Below are positions 40,350 through 54,080 of a stretch of DNA of 64,000 bases, piece after piece. The notes under the pieces were generated by a model. It had not been told where the DNA came from, searched no databases, and saw only the letters and a program-made list of their open reading frames with translations. The DNA is taken from positions 60,390,001 through 60,454,000 of the forward strand of contig NC_045696.1 in NCBI RefSeq assembly GCF_009834535.1, given 5' to 3'. The DNA is from Camelus ferus. Lineage: Eukaryota. Positions within the stretch are counted from its first letter, which is position 1; each line of letters begins with the position of its first letter. The position numbers were made by a program, and so were the translations under genes.

Positions 40350-42480
40350 TGACATTCATGAAGTGGAAGACTTTAATATTGTTAATAATGGTAATATACC
40401 CCACTTCAGTCAAAATAGAGGGTGATAACTTGATCCTAAAATTCATATTGAAATGCAAGGGATTCAAAATAGCTAAAACAATCCTGAAAAGGAAAAACTA
40501 AGTAGGAAGACTCACACTTTCCAACTTTAAAACTTACAAGTAAGCTACTGTAGTAAGCAAGATAGTGTGGTAATGGCATAAGGATAGATATATATATCAA
40601 GGAACAGAATTCAGAGTCCAGAAATAAGCCCTTATATTATGGCCAACTGACTTTCATCACAGGTGCTAAGGCACTTTAGTGGGGGAAAGATTAGTCTTTT
40701 CAAAAATAATGCTGGGATAATTTGATACCCATATGCAAAACAATGGAGCTGGACCCCAAGCTCACATTATATACAAATATTAACTCAGAATGGATCATAG
40801 GCCTAAATGGAAAAACTAAAACTATAAAAGTCTTAGGAGAAAACACAGGAATAAGTCTTGACTTTGGATTAGGCAGTGATTTCTTAGATATGATACCAAA
40901 AGCACAAGCAACCAAACAAGAAATAAGTAAAATTAAAAACTTGTGCTTCAAAGGACACAAGCGAAAAGTTAAAATGCTGTAGCTTCCTGTGAGAAAGTTT
41001 GGCAAGTCCTCAAAATGTTAAATATAGAATTATCACACAAGCCTACAATCCTACTCATAGGTACTTGCCCAAAAGAACTGAAAACAAGGACTCACTCAGA
41101 GATCTGTATACCAATGCTTATAGAAGCATTCATAACCAAAAGATGGAAGCAACCCAAGTATCCATCAACAGATGAATGGATAAACAAAATGTGATATATA
41201 CAAATAATGAAATATTATTTCAGCATAAAAAGAAATGAAAGTGATACATGATACAATATGGATGAACACTGAAGAAATTATGCTAAGTTAAAGAATTCAG
41301 AAACAAAAAGGACAAATATTGAGTGATTCCATTTATATTAAGTACCTAGAGTAGACAAATTCATAGGGATAGAAAGGAGAACAGAGGTTACCAGTGGTGG
41401 AGGGAGGAAAGGAGACTTATTGCTTAATGCTACAGATTCTTGTTTGTACAATTTTGTATACAATTTTTCATGTCACTAAATTGTATGCTTTTTAAAAGGA
41501 TTAAAATTATAAACTTCAAGTTATGTTTTTTTTTTAAAGTGTAAAGACAATCTATGGAATGGGATAAAATATTTGCAAATCATGTATCTGATAAGGGATA
41601 TATATCCAGTATAACAAGAACTCTTACAACTCAACAGTAAAGACAATCTAACTTAAAAAGAAGCAATGGATCTGAAAGAAAATATACAAATAGCCAACAA
41701 GTACATGAAAAGATGCTCAACATCTTCTCCAAAGAAAATATACAAACAGCCAATAAGGACATGAAAAGATGCTCAACATTATTACTTTTTCGGGAAATGC
41801 AAACTAATACCACAATGAGATATCACTTCACACCCTAAGACAGTTAAAACTGTTAGCATGGATGTAGAGAAACTGGAACCCTAATATTTGGGTGGCAGGA
41901 TGATAAAATGGTGAAGCTGCTTTGGAAAACAATTTTGCAGATCCTTAAAATGTTAAACACAGAGTTACCATATGACTCAGCAATTTCCCTCCAAAGCATA
42001 TACCCAAGAGAACTGAAAATGTATTTCCACACAAAAACTTGAACACAAATATTCATAAAAACATTATTCATAATAGCCCAAAAGTAAAAACAACTCAAAT
42101 GTCCATCAACTGATGAACAAAATGTGGTACATTCAAACATGGAATATTATACAGCTATAAAGACAGAATAGAAGTAAATGCTACAACAAGAATGAACTTT
42201 TAAAACCCTGTGCTAAGTGACAGGAGTTAGACAAAAGAGACCACCTACCATATATTCTACTCATATGAAATACACAGAATAGGCAACCCAGACAGAAAGT
42301 AGATAAAACATTGCCTAGTACTGGAAGGAGTGGGTACAGGATTTTAAAATGATGGAAAGTGTTCTAAAAATTAGATTGTGGAAATAGTTGTACAATTCTG
42401 TGAATATACTATAAACTATTGAATTGTGTACTTTAAAGGGGTAGATTTTTATTATTGTGAATTATACATAAATAAAGCTG
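40350..42480 (+). mobile_element. Nested old L1 fragments (ORF2 3' part interrupted by another L1 3' end at ~40975-41530)
   Basis: ORF 40722-40982 is degenerate L1 ORF2. ORF2-like sequence resumes at ~41536 (gaatgggataaaatatttgcaaat). There are two L1 3'-UTR ends. Confidence 0.8.
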
Positions 42481-42740
42481 TAATTCTAATACTGTATGAT
42501 AACGTAACTGACACCATCCAAGATAAATAAAATTATTTCTTGCCTCAAAGGGCTGGTAATTAAATTTAAAATAAATTAAATGGGGAAGACTCATGTTTAA
42601 ATTATCTGCTACATACTAACTGATGATCAAGAATTAAGAGCTTGTTTAACTAGAAGCAACATTAAATTTCCTTTAACAAAAAGATACTAGAAATATTAAT
42701 GCCTTAAAAGCAATCTGTACAAATGCTCCTTTGCTGCTTT

Positions 42741-42778
42741 AAAAAAACAAAAACAAAAACAAAAACAAAAACAAAAAC
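42741..42778 (+). repeat. (AAAAAC)n microsatellite
   Basis: Directly visible in the sequence. Confidence 0.9.
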
Positions 42779-43059
42779 CTTTCACAGCCCCCTAAACTAA
42801 ATAGACCAATTATGATGGCTAAGTCAGCCAAAGATGAATGTAAACACAAATTCATCCATAGTCATTTATTTTTTGATCATCCACGTTCGCTATCCTTATT
42901 TCTAATCCTTTGTTTTTTGTTCTCCTTTAATACTTCTTTCCCCTTCCTTTTTTACTCCACCATCTTCATGTTTTTCTCTCCCACTTTTTTCCCTCTTCTT
43001 CTCTCCCTTTTTAACTAGCAATTCCAGAAATAAGACATTTTAAAATTTAAGTTTTGTCA

Positions 43060-44900
43060 CTTAAGTATCCTTGTTTCTTTATAATTTAAATCATTTGAAA
43101 AAAAATCTACACAGGAAAAAAATCTTTCTCTTATCTTTGTCCCTCTATAGGTAACTACATTTATTTGTTTGGGTATGTTTCTTTTCCAGGGTTTCTTGAC
43201 ACAAGCATAAGCAAAAACAAATATATCCTCTTTAAAATTTTTCCTTCTTTCTTATGTGAAGGCAGCATATTCTATTCAGTGTTCGGCCAATTTTTTTTTT
43301 TAATTCAGTAGCTTAGAGATCTTACCAGTAGAAAAAGAGCTCTCTCATTCTGACAGCTGGTATCTTTCACTGATGGATAGACATACATACTATAATTTAT
43401 TTAACCAGACCCCTTTTAATTTCCAAACACTTCCTATTATAAATAATGTTGTAATAGAAACTTTGTCAATACATTAATTCATACATTTGCAGGTACACCT
43501 GTAGGTTAAATTCTCAAAACACAATTCCTGGTCAAATAAATGTGTCTGTGACTTTGAAATACATTGCCAAATTGGTCTCCACAGGAGATGTTAATGTGTA
43601 GCCCACCAGCCAGCCATGTATGAATGACTGTTTCCCTATAACCCTGCCAAATACTAGTATGTTTAACTTTCTGAGGACTGCAAATCCAATATGTGAGAAA
43701 AGCAGTATCTCAGTATGAGACTGACCACTTTATATGTCATTTTCTGTGAGCTGTCTGTACATTATCTTTCACCTATTTTTTAAACTAGGTTGCTTGTCTT
43801 TTTCTTGATGATTTATAAGAGCTTTATTAAAGAGACTGGTCATTTATATGAGTTTCAGGATTTTTTTCCTTTTTTTTTTTTTTGAGGCGGGGCATACGGG
43901 AGGTGTAGTTATTTGACTAATAGGGATTTAAATTTTTATGTAGCCAAATTTATCAATCTTTTCTTTTACAGATATTAGATTTTGAGCATTACTTGAATTT
44001 TCTCATTCCAATCTGTCCATATTTTTAATGAAACATATATAGTTTTATCTTTTACATGAAATCTGATACATTTGGAGTTCATCTTGAGGTAGAATGTGAG
44101 ATATGGACAAAACTCCATCCAGATGGCCATCCAGTTTTCCCAACATCATCTACTGCAAAGTTCAGCTTTTCCTGATCACATTTTTTAAAATCATTTCTTT
44201 ATCATAATCATACACTAGTAAGTTCCCCTGGTCTACCTGTAGACCTTCTGTTCTGTCCCATTGGACTATTAGTAAGCCAGAACCAATGTGTTTTACTCAT
44301 TAAGACTTTATATAATACACTTTACCACCTGGTAGGGCTAATCCCCATTGTTCTTCTTTTCTTTTGTTCTCCCCTGGTTGTTATGCCCAATTTCCAAATC
44401 ACTTCTGAACTGGCTTGTCTAGTATCTGGCTGGGATAGGGGAAAAGGGAGTTGCCTGAAATGTTCAGGTTAACTGATGGAAAACCGATATACTTTATTGA
44501 TGCTGACTCTTCTCATCAGCGAAAAAAAGGGGATATAGCTTCCCATTTGATCAAATTCTGTTTTGTCCTCAAATAGTGTTTTAATAATTTCTTAATATGG
44601 AATTTTCTACATTTCTTTTTGTTGATATTATAAAAAATGTTTTCTTCCATTTTATAGTTTATTGTGTATGTGTACAAAAGTATATGGTTTTCTGCACTTG
44701 TAATGAATTTGCTGGTGTGCAGTAATTTTTCAGTTGACTCTCATAGGTTTTCCAAGTTTACAATAATACTGTTTGCAAACATAGGGGTTTTTTTTTAACC
44801 TATAATATTTTCCTCTTCTCTACTTTTGCTGGCTACTATTCTCAAACATTACGTTAAAAAATAATGGTGATAATGTGTGCTGTATCTTGTTCCCAACTTT
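43060..44900 (-). mobile_element. Ancient L1 (L1ME-like) fragment
   Basis: Antisense L1 motifs (cattgccaaattg, tttttatgtagccaaatttatcaatctttt, ccagttttcccaacatcat). Confidence 0.6.
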
Positions 44901-45469
44901 TGTATGTCTCTTGAATGAAAAAGAAATAAAATGACTGATACATATTTCCTTAAGAAACATAAAAAAACACTTAAATTAAATTTCTTTAGGAGAAAATCCC
45001 TTTATTTAAGGACCAGAGCCCCTCTACTGGAAAAGGAAGATGATCTACATGCAGCATTTGAGTGATTTTAAGATTAACAGGAAAAGCTTACATGAAAATA
45101 CCAAGAATTTAATAAATATTGTTTACAATTCAGGAAAGCAATAACATAGTGAAGAAGAAACAATCTCAAGGTATTCCACTAATGGTAATTTTCCAATACC
45201 CTAGGAGCCTGGAATTTCGATTCTAACAGTTATCAATGAGATCACCCCCACCACCACCACCATCGCAGTGTTTCTCCCTAGTAAAAACTTAAGACACTGC
45301 ACACACTGAGATGTTTATGGGTAAGAATTCTTACTAAAATACATGGATAATTATTAGGGCAAATTATACACAAGAAACTGATAAGGACATAGCTTTATGT
45401 TAAACTAGCTTACTATGGCTTGACATATTAATCTGATTTTTGGCAGTTTCAATTAACTCTCTTCTTCCT

Positions 45470-46210
45470 CTTCAGCCATTCTAATCTGGCTTCTGCACTA
45501 ACATCATCAAAATGGCTCTTGTGAATCACCTACAGGTTACCAAACACAACTACATGTTTTCAGTTATCTTAACAGACCTCTCAACAGCCTTCAGCTCAGG
45601 TGATCCCTTTCTTTCTCCACGAATTCACTTTTCCCTTGGCTTCTATGACATTCATGCCCTTTCACCTCTGACTGCCCCTTCTCAACGCTCTTTCCAGCTC
45701 ACCCTCCTCCCTCCAACCATAAAATGTTTTAGTTCTTCATGGCTTCCTCCTAAACTCCTTGCTTTTCTCATTCCATATTCTTTTCTTTGGGAGGAAGGGA
45801 AACATCTATTTCCATAGCTTTAATTACTGTCAAATCTGAGCTCCGGAGCACACGTCCAAATTGCCTACTGAACTTATCCACTTCTATGACACTTAGGGAT
45901 CTCAAATGCACCATATTCCACATTAAACTTGTGATCTTCCACCCACAGCTTAGTCCTCAGATTCCCTAACTACATGATGGCACTTCCATCCATCTAGTCT
46001 TGCAAGCTGGGTTTTAGTGCTGGTCTCAGCATTTCTTAACTGTGAGACATTGAGCATGTTATTTAAACTCTTAAGATTTGATAGCCCCATTTGTAAAATA
46101 AAGATATAAATAAAACATACCTCTCAACTAAATGTTAAATGAGATAACCCATCTTTATTTGAGAACAAAGTCTAGCACATTCTAATAGCTCAATAAATAT
46201 CAGCTATTAA
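45470..46210 (+). mobile_element. L2 relic followed by MIR
   Basis: tctggcttctgcac...gacctctcaacagc...cccttggcttctatgac (L2); ccccatttgtaaaat...gctcaataaatatcagctatt (MIR). Confidence 0.65.
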
Positions 46211-48649
46211 AAATAAAAATTAAGAGGTTGATGATAAATGATTATCATTATATTAACATATTGATTACAGTTATAACCCAATGACTGGGCTATGTATCTC
46301 AAATGAAAACATCCTTAAGCTAGATAACTAATTCAGGAAAACAGGAAACAAGGAGGATTACTAAAATTACATGGAATAGAAACCACACACACAGAAAATT
46401 GCTTAAAACTTTAGAGCATATAGAAATACAAGAATATCTTTGGCATACAGTACTTCTGGGAGGCTAGACAGTTCATTTATCAGTCTAAGAAGAACCCATA
46501 TGCTATGCAGGAAACTATATAGGAAATCATCTGAGAATAAACCACAACCAGTGAAGTATAAATTATTAAATAAAAACTGTTAAGTTGCCACAGTAACATA
46601 CACATGTCAATCAAACTGACAAAAACCTAAAAGTCCTTAAGAAGTTAACTAATTAAAGTAGTAATATTTCTGGGTAGTGAATTTTTTAAAACCCTACCTT
46701 TCTAGAAGTATAGAATGGTTTTCTTTCCCTAGAATGGAGATCAGAGAGAAACTTCAACGCCTGCATTTTAAATTTTAGAAACACTGGCAACGTTTGTGCA
46801 TTTACAAAAATAACACATTGGGGTCACCACCTCCCTCAACAAAAGAAAATGAAGAAACAGTTCTTTCATTTTTTCTGGGCTTCTCTTCTTTCCTTTTGTA
46901 GAGCTATGAAATTATACATTTACAGTGTAATTTTTTTTAAGTAGTTTGGTTTCCTTAAGATGACATAGCAAATGACAGATGGAAAACTATTTCTTGGCTA
47001 CCAGAGATTAGATTTTAGACTTCCACTTTACGGGACAGACAACTCTGAAAGATGATTAATCACCTCTATTAAGAGCAACATTCCAGGTAAACTCGAGTCA
47101 AATTTTTAATCATATGTAGGAAATAAACAAATAATACTGTGCTAATTCTGAAAATAAGCTGAACATCATATAATCATGGCAATTTCCATATTTCATTTTT
47201 CTATCAGCCAATAAATGAAGACAATACACATCTGGCACTAATTATCCAAGCATACTAACACTAAGTAATTGATGTCCCAATGATGGCACCTGCACAGTGC
47301 AAGACCTAAAATGAAGTAGTATTAGTTAATAGTTAGCACCATCTAAACGTAGCATATGTAACTATTTTCTATTCATTTAAAAAACTAATTCAGAATAACA
47401 CACAAGTCTATCTACTATAGAGGTGGTTTAAAAAGTTTTTTAAATTAGTAAAATGGCTGGATAGATGGGTGTCAGTATATCCCTACCAAAAAGAAATTTA
47501 AGTTAGAATACCAAAATGTAAAATAGATATAAAACAGCAGTGAGCTAAGTTAACATCATCCTGAGTTGTAAACATTTCAAATTAGTCCATCTGTTTTTGA
47601 ATTTAACATAAACCCCTAATTTCCAGCTACCTCTTGAAAACAAGTGCTCTAGAATAAAAGATCAACAATGAAGACTACATTAAGCACAAAGAGGGTTACC
47701 AAATCAACAGACGCTATACTGAATCCCCTAGACTGCATCCTGCAAAAAAGAAACTTGTCATCAGCTTATTTTCTTTCTTATGTGGTGTGGTCTTCATGTA
47801 AGACTGGACAAACACATACCTGCTTTCACTCTTTTTAAAAATAACTAGAGTATCAAAGGATGAAGGACCATTCTCTCAAAAACATACTCTGTTCATCAGT
47901 AAAATCCTTTTTCCTAATCAGGGTCCTTTGACTTTTTTTCCACCCTTAAAACTGTCTCTACTATTGTCACAATATAGTGATTTGCTTCTTTACATGAACT
48001 GCAACCTACACTTTTATTTCACGTACAATGCACTTGAGAAATACGGCGTACATGCTCTAATTTGAACAAGGAGCATAACATAACTTTTATGCAAAGAATT
48101 CAGGTTGTTTGACTCAAGAATTAGTGACAATTTTATGCAGTTATCTTTTCTGAATTCAGTTGTCAGTTAAACAGCTGAAGAGAGTGAACAAGCACTACAA
48201 GTACGAACATGGTATGAAGTGGTCTGCTCCAAGCACTCTACTTTTTAAAGTGTCACCTTAAAAATGCAGGTGAAATATGCATTCCAACCTAGAATATGTC
48301 TCATTTATATCTTTAGCTTCAATTTTTATTGAGCACCTACTATGTATACCAAACACTCTTAACATTTAAATCAACTCTATTCTTGTCAAGTAAATTATCC
48401 TTATTTGCCAAGGCTAGGAAACTTTTATTCAAAGTCACGGTGATAATGAACCAGACCTAGGGATGAACCCTGGTGTGGCCACCTTTTTAGCACCAAATTC
48501 ATCTACATCATGGTTTACCCAATAATACAGGAAGCTGCACCCAGGTTTTCATCATTTTGCAAGTACTAAGTGTTTGCCAGTGTTGGGAAAGGACAGGAAA
48601 TGTCCAGGAAAATTATAGTAGTGGAATGGTTGGAACCCAAGTTTGTTTC

Positions 48650-50460
48650 TTTTTTTTACATTATTTGACTATTTGATGAGTTTTCACCAACGAACACCTT
48701 TGAAAGCATCACCACAATAATGAGTTTATCTAAAACCAGTTTCCTGCTACTCTATGTAATCCCTTCCTCCTGCCCCTCTGTCCTTCCCTCTCCCATTCTC
48801 CAGGCAAACAATTATCTGCTGTCTGTCCCTATAGTTTATCTTAATTATTCTTATAGATATTTTCAGATATACACAAAAGTAGAGAAGACTATAAAGAGCC
48901 CTCATGTGCCCATCACTCAGCTTTAATAATTACCAATACTAAGCAAATTTTATTTCAACTAATTCTTCCCATTCTTTCTTCCTTTCTTTCTTATTTTAAT
49001 CAAGTAAATTTTTTACTGGAATATAATAATGGCCATACAGAAAAGCAAACAAATCATAATCATGGCTTGTTGAATTTTCAACAAAGCCCACACAATTCAT
49101 GTTACTAGCACCCATAATCAAGAAACAGAACATTATCAGCATCTCCTAAGTGCCTCCTGAAGCCTCACTTGGCCATTAACCTGTCAAAGATAAACACTAT
49201 CCAGACTTATGACACCAGAGATTAGTTCTGCCTTAACTGCTCTTATCGTGGAAATGTTAAAGCTTATAAAAAAAAAGTACACCGAAGGTTCTCTTACCAC
49301 ATTTTACAAACAAATTCCTTGAAATGTAATATACCTACACAAAAGTATACAGAATATACATGTAGTCCGATGGATCTTCTCAAAGTGAACACAGCTGTAT
49401 AATGAGCAGCCCAACCAAGGAAGAGAACACTGTTCTTTGGAATTACGAGCACTGCAGAAGCACCTCTATCCCTTCTCCATCAGGAATTACTACGCTGATT
49501 TCTAACAAATAATTCATTTTGTCTTGTCTATGAAATACACATGAATGGAGTCATAGAGTATGTATTCTTTTGTGCCTGGCTTCTTTAATTCAGTGTTATG
49601 CTTTTAAGATTTATCTATAATGCTGTGTCCAGTATTCCATTCCATCATATGAATGTATTACAATTTATTCATTCAACCTTAATGGAAATCTGGGTTTTGA
49701 TTTCAGCAAAAAAAAAAAAAAAAAAAAAAATCCCACTTTTGGGCTATTCCTAACAATGTTGCTTTAACATTCTTGTATATGTCTTCTGGTGATTATATGC
49801 ACACTACATAAACATAAAACTAGAGTGAAAATGACAGATCATAGAGTTTATGTGGGTGCAACCTCAGTAGATACAGTTTACTAAAGTGGATGTGCCAATC
49901 TACATACCCACCAGCATAATACATGAGTTTCAACTGCTCCACATCCTTGCAAGTACAGTCATCCCTTAGCATCCAGCAATCAAGCAGTCCCTTGGATCCA
50001 CGGATACCAAAATCTGCAGATGCCAAAATTCAATCAACCACGGATCATGTAGTATTTCTGATCTGTGGCTGGATGACTCCATGGATGTAGAACTGCAGAT
50101 ACAGAGGGCAGACTGTACTGTGTACCACTTATATTTCTGATTTTAGCCCTTCCAGGGTGTGTGCAAGTGGTATGAGGTTGCAATACTAAGTAATTTCCCT
50201 GATAGAAATGGAGCTGAGTACCCCTTCGCGTTTCCTGATCATGGTAAACTTTTTTGGTATTAAGCTTCTGCATTCTTTTCTATTAGCTTGTGGTTTTCTT
50301 AACAGATTAGTAGGAATTCTGTACCTATTTACAGGCTTAGTTTTCACTTTCTTAATAGTGTCTTTAAAGAACAAAAGGTCTTAGCATTAACGCAACTCAA
50401 GTTTTAATTTTTTTCTACTATGACTAACACTTTCCATATCCAAGTTAAGAAAGGTTATAT
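48650..50460 (-). mobile_element. Stacked old L1 3' fragments (sense to ZNF148)
   Basis: Repeated L1 3'-end motifs (caaagtgaacacagctgt, gtgcctggcttctttaattcag, taacattcttgtatatgtcttctggtg). Confidence 0.65.
49956..50115. mobile_element. Internally deleted MER2/Tigger-type element inserted in L1, with TA target duplication
   Basis: TA|cagtcatccct ... agggcagactg|TA terminal inverted repeats; internal cggataccaaaatctgcagatgc. Confidence 0.75.
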
Positions 50461-51839
50461 TCCACAGGTCTTTCTTCTATGTTTTCATTTTTTTCTCCCT
50501 GTGATATTTTCTATTGATGTCTTCCATTTCATTAACCTTCTCTTTTACTGCCTCTATTATTCCGTTAAACTTATATGTTCTCTGTATCAATTACTGTATT
50601 TTTTTAGTTATAAAATTTTCATTTTCCTATTTTTCATAGCTTGCAATTCTTTGGTAAAAGTCTCCATTTTTTCATCTATTTGTGTCTTTTCTACTATTTT
50701 CTTTAACATATTAGTCATAGTTTAAATTTTAAAGCCCTTCTCTGGTAACTCTAATGTCTGGATCACCCAAGAGACTGTTTTTATTATCTTTTTTCATCTT
50801 GCCTTTCTGTGATTCCATCCCATCATTTGGTATGCAATGTCATTTTTTATTGAATGCAAAATACACTATATGAAAAATTGTACAGGCTCTGGATGATGTT
50901 ATCTTCTTTTAAAGAGGGTTCACCCTTTTTCTGAGCACATAGTGTGGGAGATGATAACCTAAATCCCAAAATGGATTAAGCCAACTTGAGGCTGGGTTAT
51001 TTTATAGCAAATCCAAGACACTGGCTTTTCAAAATAAGAAATGCTTCTTCGCTTGACTATTTCCTGTCTACTCTCAAAAATGGTCAGTAACAAGCAAATT
51101 GCCTTAGTGCTTTAAAATTTAATACTTAGAACTAACAACTATAATACTTTTACAATAGTAGTTCTAAATTTTTACATGACCTATTCTCTCTGATGTTATC
51201 AGATCTCTATGAATTTCATTATGTACTTTAAGATTATTCAGTGTGAATGATGATCTTTGCTTATTTCAAATGCACCATTGATTCAGTAATGTGGTAAGAG
51301 CATTTTAATCGTTGCAAAGCATGAATCTGATAAATTACATTCTACATATAATTAAAATAAATATAAGTCACATGCTAAAATATTTTCCAAAGGTAATTTA
51401 TTTTCCATATGATGTAAGTTAATTTCTTTTAGTGCTTCAGTTTGGTACTAAACATGGATTTATAAGAAATACACAGTTTAAGCAGTTTTTTAGGTAAGAG
51501 ATGTTATATAAGAACACTGTATTACCTACTGAATATAAAAAATATTCATACTGTTCTTTGAAACATATAATAAAACTTCTGCTCTATACTTAATAGGCAG
51601 AAAATAAAGCCTAATATTCTTGGCAAATTTTTGTGTTTGGATTTCTGCATATTTCAGAAAACACATTAATGTAAAATTCATTATCATTTACTTTTTATTT
51701 TACATTACAGTTAGAAATATGAAGTTAATATTATATATAAAATAAAATTAAGTGCAGTATTATCTTGGAAAATATCAAGAAGTCTTTGAAGAAAACAATG
51801 GTTTTCTATCAATTAGAAAAAACAAGTCTATGAGAGAAA

Positions 51840-52800
51840 AAATAACAAATTACATATCTGATATATAAATAAACATATGAGGAGTACTCAAAACTCAACA
51901 ATAAGAAAGCAATCTATTTCTTTTCAAATGGAGAAAGGAACTGAAGAGGCACTTTACACCCCTTCCGTCAAAATTTGATACATACACACAGATGGCAAAT
52001 AAGCACATGAGAAGATGCTTAACATAGCTGGTCCTTAGGGAAACATAAATTAAAACCATAATGAGATGCTAGTGCACACCTATTAGAATGGCCAAAATAA
52101 AGAAATGTGACAATGTTACACACCGGTGATGATGCAGTTTCAACTGGAACTCTCATAAGTTACTATGGGAATGCAAAATGGTACAATCATTTTGGAAAAA
52201 AGTTTTGTAGTTTCTTATAAAATTAAATATTCACTTAACATGTGACCCAGCAATTCCACTCCTAGGTAGTTTCCCAAGTGATGTGAAAATACGTTCACAA
52301 AAAAAGCTGTATACAAATTTTTATAACAAATGGTTATGGAAGCTTTATTCGTAAACACCAAAAACTAGTAACAACCCAAATATACCTTAAGTAAGGAATG
52401 GAGGCATCAACTACGATATATTCATACAAAAGAATACTGATCAACAATAAAAAAAATTTAATTACCCATCCATCAACAATAGGAATGGAAAAAGCCAGAT
52501 TCAAAAGGTTATATACCATATGATTCAATTTATATAATATTCTAGAAGAGGCAAAACTAAAGAGACAGAAAAAAATATCAGTGTTTGCCACAGGTTGGGA
52601 GTGGGGGAGAGGCTGACCTGAAAACTGCAGGGGAATTTTGGAGAGCAACAGAACTGGTCTGTATCTTCACTGTGATGATGGTGGGTTACACAAATTTATG
52701 CTTATATTTTTATATACATAGTATATGTATACATAGTATATGCCCTAAAAATGATAAATCTTATTACATGTAAATTATGTATAATTTAAAATAATGAAAA
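51840..52800 (+). mobile_element. Old L1 3' region (L1MC/ME-like)
   Basis: gatggcaaataagcacatgagaagatgct...tgacccagcaattccactcctagg...tagaagaggcaaaacta. Confidence 0.75.
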
Positions 52801-53147
52801 TGTATAATGTATAATTTAAAATAATGAAAAAAAATCTGAAGCTAACAAAACATACTGCCCTTAAGATGAAAAAAATAATCTCAAACTATATACATATCTA
52901 CACAAAATACTAGAAAAATCCTCAGCTATTTTGCAAAATGAAACACTATTAGCCCATCATCCTCCAAAAAATCAAAATTTTCCAACTTACAGGTGAATAG
53001 ATATGATACTCGGAACTTATTAAAATTTTCATTGATTGTTCCTGTTTTCTCAGTGAAAGAAGAAGCAGTAATCAGCTGAAAGTGAGAAGGTAGGAGGAAA
53101 TGTTGGAGATTTACAGAAAGGAGAAAGTAAGAAATATCTGTTTGGGA

Positions 53148-53368
53148 GAAAGGTTGGCAAGCTTTATCTGTAAAAGATAAGACAGTAAATATTTTAGTCT
53201 TTGAAGATCATACAATTTCTGTCACAATTACTCAACTCTGCTATTACAGGGAGAAAACAGCCATAGCCTTTACGTAAAGGAATGGGTATGGCTATGTTCC
53301 AACAGAATTTTTAATTACAGTAACAGGTAGCAGGTGGAACTAGTCCATGGGTTGAAATATGGACCCTG
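53148..53368. mobile_element. MER58A-like hAT-Charlie element
   Basis: ggttggcaagcttt.tctgtaaa...gtaaatattttag...tactcaactctgc...ggctatgttccaa. Confidence 0.75.
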
Positions 53369-53499
53369 TTTAGATGTGGCAGGATGAACAGACTAAGGAA
53401 ACAAATAAATCCTAGTAGGCATTAAGGGCCTACTTAAAATTTAAAGTGACCCTAATTCAGTAAAACTTTTATTCTGGCGATAGAAAGGGTTAAATATCC

Positions 53500-54080
53500 C
53501 AAATGGGACTGCATCAAACTAAAAAGCTTTTGTACAGCAAAGGAAACCAGCAACAAAACGAAAAGGCCACCCACTGAATGGGAGAAGATATTTGCAAATG
53601 ATATATCTGACAGGAGGTTAATACCCCAAATATACAAAGATCTCACACAACTCAACATCGAAAAAGAAAAAACAAACCAACCAGATTTTAAAATGGGCAA
53701 AAGTCCTGAATAGACATTTTTTCAAAAAAGACACAAAGGTAGTCAAGAGACACATGAAAAGATACTCATCATCACAAATCATCAGGGAAATTCAAATCAA
53801 AACCGCAATGAGGTATCACCTCACACCTATCAGAATGGCTATTATCAAAGGACAAGAAATAAGTGTTCGTGAGGATGCGACAAAAAGGGAAACTTAACGC
53901 ACCGTCAGTGGGCATGTAGATTGGTGTAGCCACTATGGAAAAGTGTGATGGTTTCTCAAAAAAAATTAAAACTAGAGTTACCATATGATCCAGAAATTCC
54001 ACTTCTGAGTATCTTTCCAAAGGAAATGAAAACACTAGTAATTTGAGAAGATATACACAACCCTATGTCCACTGCAGCAT
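53500..54080 (+). mobile_element. L1 ORF2 3' fragment
   Basis: aaatgggactgcatcaaactaaaaagctt...gaatgggagaagatatttgcaaatgat...gagttaccatatgatccag. Confidence 0.85.

Noticed and set aside
47814..47870. Another exon-like unit (25 nt, 47844-47820; ...gatactctag / CAG|gtatgt)
   Set aside because: It has a short AG-free zone and is isolated. It shows that pseudo-exons can occur by chance here, so it is not promoted without RNA evidence.
52777..52830. 30-bp-period AT-rich direct repeat
   Set aside because: Trivial slippage at an L1 tail; only two copies.
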